DNA of 32,000 nt from assembly GCF_000253055.1 (NCBI RefSeq), contig NC_016070.1, forward strand, positions 360,001-392,000, given 5' to 3'. The translations under genes were made by a program, and so were the position numbers. Below are positions 8,718-17,453 of the stretch, piece after piece (within the stretch, counting starts at the first letter, position 1; each line of letters opens with the position of its first letter). The stretch is from Thermoproteus tenax Kra 1. Lineage in GTDB: Archaea; Thermoproteota; Thermoprotei; Thermoproteales; Thermoproteaceae. Under the pieces are notes generated by a model. It saw only the letters and a program-made list of their open reading frames with translations. It searched no databases and was not told where the DNA came from.

Positions 8718-8950
8718 TAGGTGACGCTCGGTATCCTAGCCTTGATCCTCAGCTCGTTGAACTCGTCCACCGTCATGCCCGCGATCCGTGAGGCGACGTA
8801 TATATCTCCGGTCTCCACGTAGTATTTAAGAGCCGCCCTCAGCTTAGGCGGCTGGCCCTCTATGAACTGCCAGTCTGCGTACCTCCTCCTGAGCTCTCTA
8901 GCCTCCTCTAGGGCCTTCACGACGTCCTCCACGTGTTTTCCGCGGCGCAC
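8717..8950 (-). CDS. UPF0175-family antitoxin-like protein
   Basis: 77 aa with a GTG start. The HTH-like C-terminus IAGMTVDEFNELRIKARIP is present, and the gene lies immediately upstream of the PIN gene and coupled to it. Confidence 0.6.
   Translation of the reverse strand: MRRGKHVEDVVKALEEARELRRRYADWQFIEGQPPKLRAALKYYVETGDIYVASRIAGMTVDEFNELRIKARIPSVT
8857..8908. repeat. 52-nt perfect direct repeat, copy 2 (5' part of the antitoxin gene)
   Basis: Identical to 8160-8211. Confidence 0.9.
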
Positions 8951-9160
8951 TTTTTAATTCTTTTGTCCGGAGGGCGAGGCAGTGGCCGCTCTGAGCGCCC
9001 TATAGACGCCATGGCCCACCGTCCGTTGTAGCCCGTCGCCGTTGTAGAGCTCCGCGGGGACAGCCTACTGAGAAAGATAGGGCTGTTGGCCCACTCGTTT
9101 CTCGACTTAATCCGCGTCCGCCTCAATTGCCACCACCCAGCGCCTATTAGGGACACACGG

Positions 9161-10458
9161 TTAGGCCATCATCCTGTATATGTCTTCTAGGTCGTAGGCG
9201 ATGGCTCCCTCTCTTCTCTTGAAGCTTCTGGCTACTACAACGGGTACAACGCGGCCGGGCAGGCCCAACTCCTCGACCTTCTCTCTGAGCCCCTGAGCCA
9301 CCTCAGTTGCGTCCACCCCGTCTCTCCACCTCGCCTCCACGGGCACTACGACGCCGTCGCCGACGCCGAGGAGATCTATCTCTCTCGCCTCCCCCCTCTT
9401 AGTCCACCACTGGGGGCCCAGCTTCCTCACCCTAGGCAGGCGGCCGGCGGCCATCTCCCTGACTACGACCTCCCCTGCGATCTCTTCAAAGGTCTTGCCG
9501 AGGTACTGGCTGTACTCCCTCCGTATGTCCTCCACACCGTAGAGACCCTGCTCTATTAGCCAGAGGTTCGGCCCTATGAAGCGGAGCCAGAAGCGGAGGA
9601 AGCCGTCGGCGAGCTCGTATCTGTACCTCCCCCTGCCCAACACAGGCTTCACCTTTCTTACAATGCCCACGACCTCGAGGTTGCGGAGGTACTGCGTTAT
9701 GTCTGTCGACTTAAGCCCTGCGTGGTCTCTTATTTCGCCCATAGTGTTTTTCCCGGCCGCGATCGCCTCAAGTATCTGCCTATAGGTAGAGACGTCCTCG
9801 AACTCGTAGCGGAGGAGGAAGTCCCCCTCGTCGAGGAGGAACGTCCTCTCCCTCAGCTCCCGCTCCAGGAAGTCCCAGAAGGGCTCCTTCACCTTCACCA
9901 TGTAGTAGGGTATCCCGCCGGCAAAGCCGTGGATCTCCACCAGTTCGTGCGGCGGCCTGTCGGGAAAGAACTGTCTGTATTTGAGGAAAGGTATGGGGTC
10001 CACCCTCAACGACGCCGTCCTCCGCCCGTAGAGGGGGCTCTTGTAGGAGAGAACTTTTGAGGTCATGGTGGAGATAGAGGAGCCGGTCAGCACGAGCTTT
10101 AGGTCTGAGTCGGCGAGGACTTCGTCCACCACCGCCTGGAGGATCGACAGGATGGATCTGTCCTCCTCTATTAGGTTTGGGAATTCGTCTATGATGACGA
10201 CGTCGACTCTGTCCCTTAGGTATGTGAAGACAGCCTCCCAGTCGTCGGCGGTTGTCAACACGCCGGGGTCGACCCGCGCCGCGGCCGATTGCCTCTCCCG
10301 ACTGCGAGGTAGTAGACCCTCCGCATGTCCTCCGTGGCCTTTAGGACTAGGGCGGTCTTCCCTATCCTCCCCCTGCCGTATACCACAACTAGTCTGAAGC
10401 CCTCCTCCCGCAGGTCTCTCCTGCGCTTCTCCAGCTCCTCTTCCCTGTCTAAAAATAT
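9161..10458 (-). pseudogene. Archaeal ATPase (Arch_ATPase + DUF234 type), disrupted
   Basis: The C-terminal 366-aa ORF (9161-10261) carries Walker B VVIIDEF and a DUF234-like wHTH tail. The Walker A part (IFLDREEELEKRRRDLREEGFRLVVVYGRGRIGKTALV...) lies upstream in a different frame and ends at the TGA at 10255-10257. Where homologs start MF(V/L)DRE, this copy has ATA. The Walker A to Walker B spacing also looks short. Confidence 0.55.
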
Positions 10459-10506
10459 AACTACGGTTATATAATCAAGGTTATATTTAAAACATAACTC
10501 TGAGCC

Positions 10507-11150
10507 GTGGGGCCGGCCTTGGGGATTCTGGCGTTTCTCTGGTCCACAATAGGGGCCATCGCCTCGCTGAGGAGAGAATACCTCTGGGTAGCCTCCGTCA
10601 GATCGTTTACCGCGCCTCCGGCGGCTTTTGCAACGGGCTAGGCCCGGGAGTGGACGCTTCTGCCGGGCCCCCTTCTCGGCGGCCTCTTCGCGGTCTATCC
10701 AGCGGCGGTTGTATACACGGGGATTGGAAATATACCTCCTCTACACAGCCCCTTCCGGACGACCCTAGCCCCTTGCTCTGTTGGGCGAAAGGCCGATGCG
10801 ATGGAGTGCAAGATGTACCTGTCCTCGCGGCTCTTATGGTCTCCTCAGGCGGGATGTCTGGGGTCGGCTTCGCCACCGGCTTAGCTTCGTACTTCTTCTA
10901 CGGCTTGTACATCGCGGCCGCCAGGTGGCTTGCGGCAGACGGCTGCGTGATGGACGCATCGCCTAGGGCTATGCCCTTTACGCTGGCCGTCATCGTCCCG
11001 GCCCTACCGCTGAATCCAAGCCGCCTATCCTTGAGACCGCCGCTGGAGTGTGCCTCGGCGTATTTGGGACCGCATTGCCCTACATGCTCTTCGCGTTGGC
11101 TGTCTCCAAGTTAGAGGCACCGAAGCCAGAGCTGAGGATTCCCTTCACAG
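10507..11150 (+). pseudogene. Decayed EamA/DMT transporter remnant
   Basis: Transporter-like pieces are scattered over all three + frames: VGPALGILAFLWSTIGAIASL (from 10507, stops at TAG), PLALLGERP, GLASYFFYGLYIAAARWL and LGVFGTALPYMLFALAVSKLEAP. The 3' part is truncated by the convergent merA-like gene. Confidence 0.5.
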
Positions 11151-11184
11151 TTTTTCGACTGATGTGGACGCACAGAAGCCGCCC

Positions 11185-12585
11185 TCAGCCGCCGCAACAG
11201 CTGAGCTTTGTGGGATCTGTGGTGAAGGCAAGCGCGGCGAGCCTAAGCGCCTCGGAGAAGGAGGGGAAGGCTGGTATCCAGTCTGCAATGTCGTCTACCG
11301 TGAGCCCCTTTCGTACTGCCAGGGCGAATATGTTTATGAGCTCCTCAGCGTGTGGAGAAACCACGAGTGCTCCAGCTATCCTGCCCCCTTTTAACCTCAA
11401 CCTCTCCGGATAGGTGTTTATCTTTATGAACCCTCTCGCCCTTCCAGAGGTCCAGGCGGCGGCCGCGTTGTCTATAGTCACAAGCCGACATGCACAGCCG
11501 ACGCCGCTCCTTATCATGTCCTCCTCCCTGAGCCCAACGCTGGCCACCGGCGGATCTGAGAAGACGACCCGCGGGGCCCACATGGCGTCGAACTCGGCGC
11601 TTCCCCCAAGGGCGTTTACAGCCGCGACTACTCCCTGCCTCGCAGCCACGTTCTCTAGATATCTGCCGCCAGGAAGCCCTCCGGTTACGTCCCCAGCAGC
11701 GTATATTCCCGGCACCGAGGTCTCCATACGCCTATTTACCTCTACAGCCCCCTCCGGCGTAAGCTTGAGGAGCCCTCCTAAGTCCTCGACGTTTGGCCGT
11801 CTGCCGGTCGCCACGAAAACGGCCTCGGCCTCAACGGAGACGCCCCCTGCCCTAACCTCGACTCCGTTGTTCTTAACCTCTACAGCCGTAGCCTCGCCCC
11901 TTATTAGCTTCACTCCATCCTCCCTCAGCGCTTCCTCTATGAAGTCCGAGACAAGTGCCTCCTCGTACTTCAGGAGACGGCTTCGGTAAATCACATAGGT
12001 CTCCATGCCCAGCCTGCTCAAGGCTTGCCCGAGCTCCACTGAGATGGCGCCTCCTCCTATGAAGACCACGGAGTTGGGCAGATCCTCTAGGCTGAAGAAC
12101 TCCTCGTTGCTGAAGGCGAGACCTCTCCTCCTCGCCTCCTCAAGCCCCTTTATCTGAGGCCAGACGGCTCTCGCCCCGGTGGCGACCACGATTTTTCTCC
12201 CCACTACTGTCTCGCCGCCTACCTTCACCGCGCCGGGGCCAACTAACATCCCTCTTCCCTCCATGAGCTTGATGTCGTAATAGTCGATGAGGTCCGCGTA
12301 CTTCCTCCTCCTCAGCTCCTCAACGACCGACCTCATATGTGCCATAAGCGCTTTCCCGTCCACCTCGGCCCAACCCCTTATACCTCTGAAGTAGGGGGCT
12401 CTGGCCGCCTTCATAAGCTCGCCCGCCCGCACCAGGTACTTGCTTGGGACGCAACCTACATTGACGCAGGTGCCTCCCAGAGGTCCGTCGTTGATCATAG
12501 CCACGCTGGCGCCCAACTGGGCCGCCTTAATCGCGGCGGCGAAGCCGGCCGACCCTCCGCCTAGAACCACCAGATCAAAGGTCAC
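11185..12585 (-). CDS. Class-I pyridine-nucleotide-disulfide oxidoreductase, mercuric-reductase (MerA core)-like
   Basis: FAD motif VLGGGSAGFAAA and redox-active GGTCVNVGCVPSK are present, with a second dinucleotide fold FIGGGAISVE. The C-terminal Cys pair ...KLSCCGG is characteristic of MerA. There is no N-terminal heavy-metal-associated domain. The gene is only 7 nt downstream of the SelD-like gene. Confidence 0.75.
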   Translation of the reverse strand: MTFDLVVLGGGSAGFAAAIKAAQLGASVAMINDGPLGGTCVNVGCVPSKYLVRAGELMKAARAPYFRGIRGWAEVDGKALMAHMRSVVEELRRRKYADLIDYYDIKLMEGRGMLVGPGAVKVGGETVVGRKIVVATGARAVWPQIKGLEEARRRGLAFSNEEFFSLEDLPNSVVFIGGGAISVELGQALSRLGMETYVIYRSRLLKYEEALVSDFIEEALREDGVKLIRGEATAVEVKNNGVEVRAGGVSVEAEAVFVATGRRPNVEDLGGLLKLTPEGAVEVNRRMETSVPGIYAAGDVTGGLPGGRYLENVAARQGVVAAVNALGGSAEFDAMWAPRVVFSDPPVASVGLREEDMIRSGVGCACRLVTIDNAAAAWTSGRARGFIKINTYPERLRLKGGRIAGALVVSPHAEELINIFALAVRKGLTVDDIADWIPAFPSFSEALRLAALAFTTDPTKLSCCGG

Positions 12586-12592
12586 AGAGGCC

Positions 12593-14317
12593 TTACCCTA
12601 TCTCGAAGTCTGAGTAGGCGCCCGTGTACCCCTCCCATATCACCTCGGCCACTCTGCAGTTGAAGCCGCGGCACAGCTCCTCCACCAGTTTCTTGACCCT
12701 CTCCGCGTCCCCCTCGGCCACCACCTCCACTCTTCCGTCCGGCAGATTCGCCGCATAGCCGGTGAGACCCAACGCCCTAGCCCTGGCTCTGACGATCGGC
12801 CTAAAGCCAACCCCCTGCACCTCCCCCTCCACATAGGCTCTGGCCCTCGCCGGTCTCTCCACCACTCTCGCCAAGCCTCCCAAGACCGGCGCAGTCCCCG
12901 TCAGCTTCTCCCTCAGCCTCCTGCTAGATATGTACTGCAGAGCCTCTTGGGGCACAATCAGCCTCCCGTCGCCCCTCCCGAGGACTCTCCCCACGACGGC
13001 CGGCCTCAGATGGGGGATCTTCGCCAATCTGTCCAACAACGGGTCCAACAAGCTCTTGTGCGCAAAAATCGCTATAGCGCCGTTGGTCCCAGCGGTAGCG
13101 TCGGGCATCACATAGTTCTCTGCGGCGAATCTAGATATATTTGGATCCATGAGGGGGACGTCGAACAGCTCTACATCGACGCTGGACCTCTCGGCCACCT
13201 CTTTGAACACAAAGATGCCCGGCCCCGATACATCGATGGTGGCCGCTATGTGCGACCGCGCATCGAACTTCTCCCCGAGGTCGGGGAGGAAGTCGTATAT
13301 AGCCCTCGCCGCCTCCACGTTCGGAGTAGCCATTATCTCGAGGACCCTCCTCTTGGCTCTCTCGAGATCCTCCAACGGCATGACTCTGGACTCAAAGGAC
13401 TTGAGGAGCGCCTCGTCGGTGTTCACTGCCACGTAGGTTGTGAACAGAGCCAACTCGCCTATGGGCCTCGTGAGGACTATATAGAAGTCCTCGCTGAGCT
13501 TGTCGTAGAACGTCGGAGGCTCCCTATCCAGATGGGCGTAGGCCGTCGCGCCTATGAGCAAATATCCTCTGCCCGGCTGGGGGGCCTCGACGAGCTCCCC
13601 CAACGAGGAGGCGTAGCTCCTAACTCTGGCCTCGAGCGACCTCAGATATTGAGGCGGCGCGTCGTAGACCGGCGCTATCTTTACATCTCTGTATGCCCCC
13701 TTCGTGTAGAGGTCATTCAGAGCGTTGTTTATGGCCACAGCGACTTGCAGAGACGAGTCGAAGTCCTCGGAGGGATCGACGACTTGTATTGTGTCGTTGT
13801 TGGCCAAGATATAGCCCGCGCCTCCCTCGGCTCTCAGGAAGTCCACCATGAAGAACTCTGCGCCCTGCTTCGTGCTCACGATGCTGTGCCCCTTCCCCAG
13901 CCAGACTCTGTGTCTAGAGGAGCCGAGAGCCTTGTAGAGACCTGCGACGTGCTCCGCAAATCTGTCCGGCGAGCCTGCCTTGCCCATATACAGCTGTACC
14001 AACACGACGGCGAGCGTGGGGCTCAGACGCTCGATAACCTCGGGCTCCAGACTGGGGTTCTCTACATCTAAAAAGAAGCGCGCCAGCTCGGCGCGTTCGC
14101 CGGGCATTATGGCCACGTCCTCCCTCGGCGCAATTATCAAATTGAGCCTCTTTATCTCGTCCTTCAACAGCTGCACGGCCGGGTACAATACGTCGTAGAG
14201 GTCCACTTTGACGGAGCAGCCGAGCGACAACGACTCTATGGCTATGCCGGCCTCTCTGTAGAGCCTTACCCTCTCTCTGAACTTCTCCGTCATCGTTTTC
14301 TGACCACTATACGCCAT
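12593..14317 (-). CDS. SelD/PurM-superfamily (selenophosphate-synthetase-like) protein fused to a C-terminal acylphosphatase domain
   Basis: SelD-like motifs are SLGCSVKV (Cys-x-x-Lys, as in the SelD glycine-rich loop), REDVAIM, AINNALNDLYTKG, IVLTRPIGE, TIDVSGPGIF and TAGTNGAIAIF. The C-terminus has both acylphosphatase signatures (VEGEVQGVGFR and GYAANLPDGRVEV). An alternative start at ATG 14291-14293 (MTEKF...) forms an ATGA overlap with the tusA stop. Confidence 0.6.
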   Translation of the reverse strand: MAYSGQKTMTEKFRERVRLYREAGIAIESLSLGCSVKVDLYDVLYPAVQLLKDEIKRLNLIIAPREDVAIMPGERAELARFFLDVENPSLEPEVIERLSPTLAVVLVQLYMGKAGSPDRFAEHVAGLYKALGSSRHRVWLGKGHSIVSTKQGAEFFMVDFLRAEGGAGYILANNDTIQVVDPSEDFDSSLQVAVAINNALNDLYTKGAYRDVKIAPVYDAPPQYLRSLEARVRSYASSLGELVEAPQPGRGYLLIGATAYAHLDREPPTFYDKLSEDFYIVLTRPIGELALFTTYVAVNTDEALLKSFESRVMPLEDLERAKRRVLEIMATPNVEAARAIYDFLPDLGEKFDARSHIAATIDVSGPGIFVFKEVAERSSVDVELFDVPLMDPNISRFAAENYVMPDATAGTNGAIAIFAHKSLLDPLLDRLAKIPHLRPAVVGRVLGRGDGRLIVPQEALQYISSRRLREKLTGTAPVLGGLARVVERPARARAYVEGEVQGVGFRPIVRARARALGLTGYAANLPDGRVEVVAEGDAERVKKLVEELCRGFNCRVAEVIWEGYTGAYSDFEIG

Positions 14318-14535
14318 ACTCCCCTCTCCACTTCCTCTACGGCGAGCACCTCGTGTCCCTCCCGTTTGACCACCGAGGGCACGTTCTCACAGCTGGGAGG
14401 GTTGTCCGTCAAAATCTCCAAGACCGCCCCCGGCTCTATGCTCCTCAGAGCCCTGAGAGTGGCCAGCTGCGGATAGGGGCAGACGTATCCTCTGAGGTCC
14501 AATACGTACCTCTCTCCGGCTCTGACCGCTTGCAC
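14290..14535 (-). CDS. tusA: TusA/SirA-family sulfur carrier protein
   Basis: 81 aa with LDLRGYVCPYP (CPxP active-site motif) followed by EILTDNP. The start is GTG. It is the first gene of the tusA / SelD-like / MerA-like operon. Confidence 0.8.
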   Translation of the reverse strand: MQAVRAGERYVLDLRGYVCPYPQLATLRALRSIEPGAVLEILTDNPPSCENVPSVVKREGHEVLAVEEVERGVWRIVVRKR

Positions 14536-14638
14536 GCCCCTATCCTTATATGACGATAAAAATAATCCGAATTGTGTAAAAATAACACGTTAGCTCGTCT
14601 TCCGCTGCAGCCCAACGACTTATAAGGAAGAACCGACT

Positions 14639-15136
14639 TTGTACGTGTTGGCGCAACTCAAGCTGTGCAAGACACAGAGCGTGTTGGACTATAGACTCCT
14701 TCTGTTCTACGACATAGGGGCAAACTACGCAGAGATCTTCAGCAGATCCGGGAGACGCGCCGTTGCCAAAGTAGAGGGGGGCGGAAGGTGTAAGGGGGTC
14801 TCCAGAGAGCTCGCTCTGACCCTCTACCCTGAGCTGGGCTGGGAGTTCTTAGATGTCGAAGCCCCCTTCGATATAAGGCCGACGGACCCCGTCCCAGCCA
14901 CCAGAGTCGTGATGAAGGTTCCGTTTGGAGTAACAGAGGCCGTCGTCAGAGCTCAGCTCAAGGGGTATCCCTTAGCCGAGGGGACTCTAGCGTTGGAAGC
15001 CTTTGGACACATAGAATTCGGAGAGGTCGTGCACGTGGAGCCGACGGAGTACGCGGTTTTGACAGATGACACAAAGCTCCGCCTAGTGGAGGTGCCCGTT
15101 GAAGACGACGTAATAATTTATATGAGAAAATATTGA
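14639..15136 (+). CDS. Hypothetical protein
   Basis: 165-aa ORF with coding-like composition and an uncertain start (TTG at 14639, GTG at 14645). I recognised no motif. Confidence 0.4.
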   Translation: MYVLAQLKLCKTQSVLDYRLLLFYDIGANYAEIFSRSGRRAVAKVEGGGRCKGVSRELALTLYPELGWEFLDVEAPFDIRPTDPVPATRVVMKVPFGVTEAVVRAQLKGYPLAEGTLALEAFGHIEFGEVVHVEPTEYAVLTDDTKLRLVEVPVEDDVIIYMRKY

Positions 15137-15149
15137 AAAAGTCTAAATT

Positions 15150-15584
15150 TTAAATAAATAAAGTGACAGCAGCGTCCTTAGCCTTCTCTAAGAAAGTCGC
15201 CGCGCCGACTACTTCGTCGACGAAATCGGCCAACGCCGATTTGTCTCTTATGCCGAACAACTCCATAGTAGTAGAGCAAGCGTAGATGGTGACTTTCCCC
15301 ATGGATTTAGCTTGAGATAGCAGCTCGTGCCATGCAGGGAGGCCGGCTCTCCCTATTGCCTCACCTACAGCCTGCGCATATTCAGAATACGTCTGTTCCA
15401 CCTTGGGCTGCGCCTTCAACGCGTCCTTTCTTATTGCGTTCAATCCCCAGAATGTAAAGAATATCTCAACTTCCCATCCGCTTGCCGCCGCAGCACTGGA
15501 GAGTATTGCCACTGGATAAAGTTTATCTATTGTACCCGACCATGCAATTATTGCTAATTTATTCTTTTTTTCTATTCTTTCCAT
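15150..15584 (-). CDS. DsrE3-like sulfur-relay protein (DsrE fold, 'peroxiredoxin-like' type)
   Basis: 144 aa with KLAIIAWSGT..., conserved Cys in VTIYACSTTMELFGI, and the tail VGAATFLEKA...TLFI. Confidence 0.65.
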   Translation of the reverse strand: MERIEKKNKLAIIAWSGTIDKLYPVAILSSAAAASGWEVEIFFTFWGLNAIRKDALKAQPKVEQTYSEYAQAVGEAIGRAGLPAWHELLSQAKSMGKVTIYACSTTMELFGIRDKSALADFVDEVVGAATFLEKAKDAAVTLFI

Positions 15585-15616
15585 GTATAAAAGAAAGGGG
15601 TAGGTATATATTAGCT

Positions 15617-15625
15617 TTATTACCA
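15617..15625 (-). promoter_or_regulatory. TGKTAATAA box (TGGTAATAA) upstream of the DsrE3-like gene
   Basis: The 5' T lies 41 nt before ATG 15584 and is followed by an AT-rich TATA-like tract. The box overlaps the stop codon of the upstream dsrE-like gene. Confidence 0.45.
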
Positions 15626-15970
15626 GCTTAATGTTATTTTTGAATCTGCGGCGTACTCATAAAAGCTTGCTATACCCATTATTTTGACCCCTTCGACTAC
15701 TTCATCCTCCTTTATATTAAACGTAGCCGCAGCCGAGGAACAGAGCCACATCTTGCCTCCCATCTCCATTATCTGTTTAAACCTGGACTGAATCTCTTTA
15801 TCGAGCTTCTCAAAGACTTTCTTCTTTACTACATGTGCGCCGTCCAACGTCCAGAAAATTAGCACATCAAAGCCCATGGAGAGAGCCGCCAGCGCATAGC
15901 CCAACATAGTTGAGATACGGGGGGTATCCGCGGGAGGCATTGTGGCCAAGAAGGCTATCTTATCGGCCAT
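15620..15970 (-). CDS. DsrE/DsrF-family sulfur-relay protein
   Basis: 116 aa with KIAFLATMPP..., conserved Cys in KMWLCSSAAATFNI, and tail ...ADSKITLSW. It is adjacent to the DsrE3-like gene. Confidence 0.6.
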   Translation of the reverse strand: MADKIAFLATMPPADTPRISTMLGYALAALSMGFDVLIFWTLDGAHVVKKKVFEKLDKEIQSRFKQIMEMGGKMWLCSSAAATFNIKEDEVVEGVKIMGIASFYEYAADSKITLSW

Positions 15971-16002
15971 GGGAGCACCATGAGTTCCGAGCTATAAAAA
16001 AA

Positions 16003-16011
16003 TTATTAACT
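16003..16011 (-). promoter_or_regulatory. TGKTAATAA box variant (AGTTAATAA) upstream of the DsrE-like gene
   Basis: 41 nt before ATG 15970, followed by TTTTTTTATAG. Confidence 0.4.
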
Positions 16012-16066
16012 TTAAATTTAACATAAATTTTGTTAAACCCCTCTCAAGGCCATATTAGCTTCTTAG

Positions 16067-16075
16067 TGGTAATAT
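16067..16075 (+). promoter_or_regulatory. TGKTAATAA box variant (TGGTAATAT) upstream of dsrN
   Basis: 40 nt before the in-frame GTG at 16107 and 25 nt before the TTG at 16092. Confidence 0.35.
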
Positions 16076-16091
16076 CCAATATTAAGCAGCC

Positions 16092-17453
16092 TTGGATTTA
16101 ACGCTCGTGATACCTCGCTTGGTGATATCGTCCTTTAAAGGCATGTCGGGGAAGACCATAATCTCGCTGGCGCTCATGTACGGCCTCTCCAGGAGGGGCC
16201 TCAGAGTGGCCCCCTTCAAGGTGGGGCCCGACTACATCGACCCCAGCTACCACGCGGCGGCGGCTGGGAGGCCCAGCAGAAACCTCGACGCGGTTCTGAT
16301 GGGGGAGAGGGGGGTGGTGGAGCGTTTTGTGAAGTTCTCGAGGGGCGCGGACATCGCCGTTGTGGAGGGGGTCCAGGGCCTCTACGACTCCTTCGACGGC
16401 GTCTCCGAGCTGGGCTCCACGGCGCAGGTGGCCAAGCTGTTGAGGGCCCCCGTGGTCCTCGTGTTGAACGGGGAGAGGGTGAACAGAACTCTCAGGGCCG
16501 TGGTGAGGGGGCTGAGGCAGTTCGACCCGGAGGTCAACATACCCGGCGTTATTTTGACAAACGTGGCAGGTAGCCAGGCGGAGAAGCTGAGGAGGGCCCT
16601 CCCCGAGGAGGGCGTGGAGGTGCTGGGGGCTGTGCCGAGGAGCGAGAGGCTGGCGGAGGTCTTCTCCTACAGACACTTGGGCCTCACGCCGGTGGGCGAG
16701 AGGGGCGACGTCCCCAACATAGTGGAGGCCCTCGAGAAATACGTCCTGCCCTACATCGATCTAGACGCCGTCGTGGCCCTGGCTAAATCGGCCGGAGACC
16801 TCCCCTACGGCCCTCCGCCCGAGGGGGACCCCGCGGGGTCGGGCACGTGCAGAATCGGTATCGTCCTCGACAGAGCCTTCACCTTCTACTACCCCGAGGT
16901 CTTCGAGGAGGCCAAGTCTCTGGGGGAGGTGGTGTTTTTAGACTCGCTGGAGATGCAGGAGCTGCCCCCGGTGGACGTGGTCTTCGTAGGCGGGGGCTTC
17001 CCCGAGACCTCCGCCGAGGAGCTGGAGAGGAACAGAGCCTTCAGATCCTCGCTTTTGAGGTACATCGAGCGGGGAGGCAGGCTGTACGCCGAGTGCGGCG
17101 GCCTCATGTACCTCACCTCCTCCATAGTGGTAGAGGGCTCGGAGTACGAGATGGTCGGCGCGATAGACGCCGTAACTGTGATGCTGAAGAGGCCGGTGGG
17201 GAGGGGGTACGCCTGGGGCGTAGTCGAGGGGAGGACCCCCGTCGCCCCTCCGGGGACCAGGCTGGTGGGGCACGAGTTCCACTACTCCAAGCTCGTCCTC
17301 AGGGAGAGGGTGGAGACCGCTATAAGGCTGGAGAGGGGGGTGGGGATCGGCGGCGGCAGAGACGGCGTTGTGAAGGGCAATATGCACGCGCAGTACCTCC
17401 ACCTGCACCCCTACACCTACAGCGCTTTGAGGGCGCTATGCCGCTCTACGTAG
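16092..17453 (+). CDS. dsrN: Cobyrinic acid a,c-diamide synthase homolog (CbiA/CobB family), likely DsrN siroheme amidase
   Basis: The P-loop region SFKGMSGKTIISLAL, PFKVGPDYIDPSYH, and glutamine amidotransferase motifs YAECGGLMYL and GHEFHYS are present. Context is a dsr locus. The track start is TTG 16092, but GTG 16107 is plausible (see the promoter-box finding). Confidence 0.75.
   Translation: MDLTLVIPRLVISSFKGMSGKTIISLALMYGLSRRGLRVAPFKVGPDYIDPSYHAAAAGRPSRNLDAVLMGERGVVERFVKFSRGADIAVVEGVQGLYDSFDGVSELGSTAQVAKLLRAPVVLVLNGERVNRTLRAVVRGLRQFDPEVNIPGVILTNVAGSQAEKLRRALPEEGVEVLGAVPRSERLAEVFSYRHLGLTPVGERGDVPNIVEALEKYVLPYIDLDAVVALAKSAGDLPYGPPPEGDPAGSGTCRIGIVLDRAFTFYYPEVFEEAKSLGEVVFLDSLEMQELPPVDVVFVGGGFPETSAEELERNRAFRSSLLRYIERGGRLYAECGGLMYLTSSIVVEGSEYEMVGAIDAVTVMLKRPVGRGYAWGVVEGRTPVAPPGTRLVGHEFHYSKLVLRERVETAIRLERGVGIGGGRDGVVKGNMHAQYLHLHPYTYSALRALCRST

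Noticed and set aside
8917-9156. 79-aa ORF in the spacer between the ATPase gene and the antitoxin gene.
   Set aside because: It overlaps the antitoxin start, its composition is implausible, and it has no promoter-like AT-rich tract. The region looks like a gene remnant (see the decay finding).
16847-17437. N-terminal 197-aa extension of the cobA ORF, plus other shadow ORFs over dsrN (16098-16676, 16938-17408).
   Set aside because: They are Arg/Gly-rich shadow frames of dsrN. The methyltransferase homology begins exactly at MPLYVVGAGPGDP (17438).
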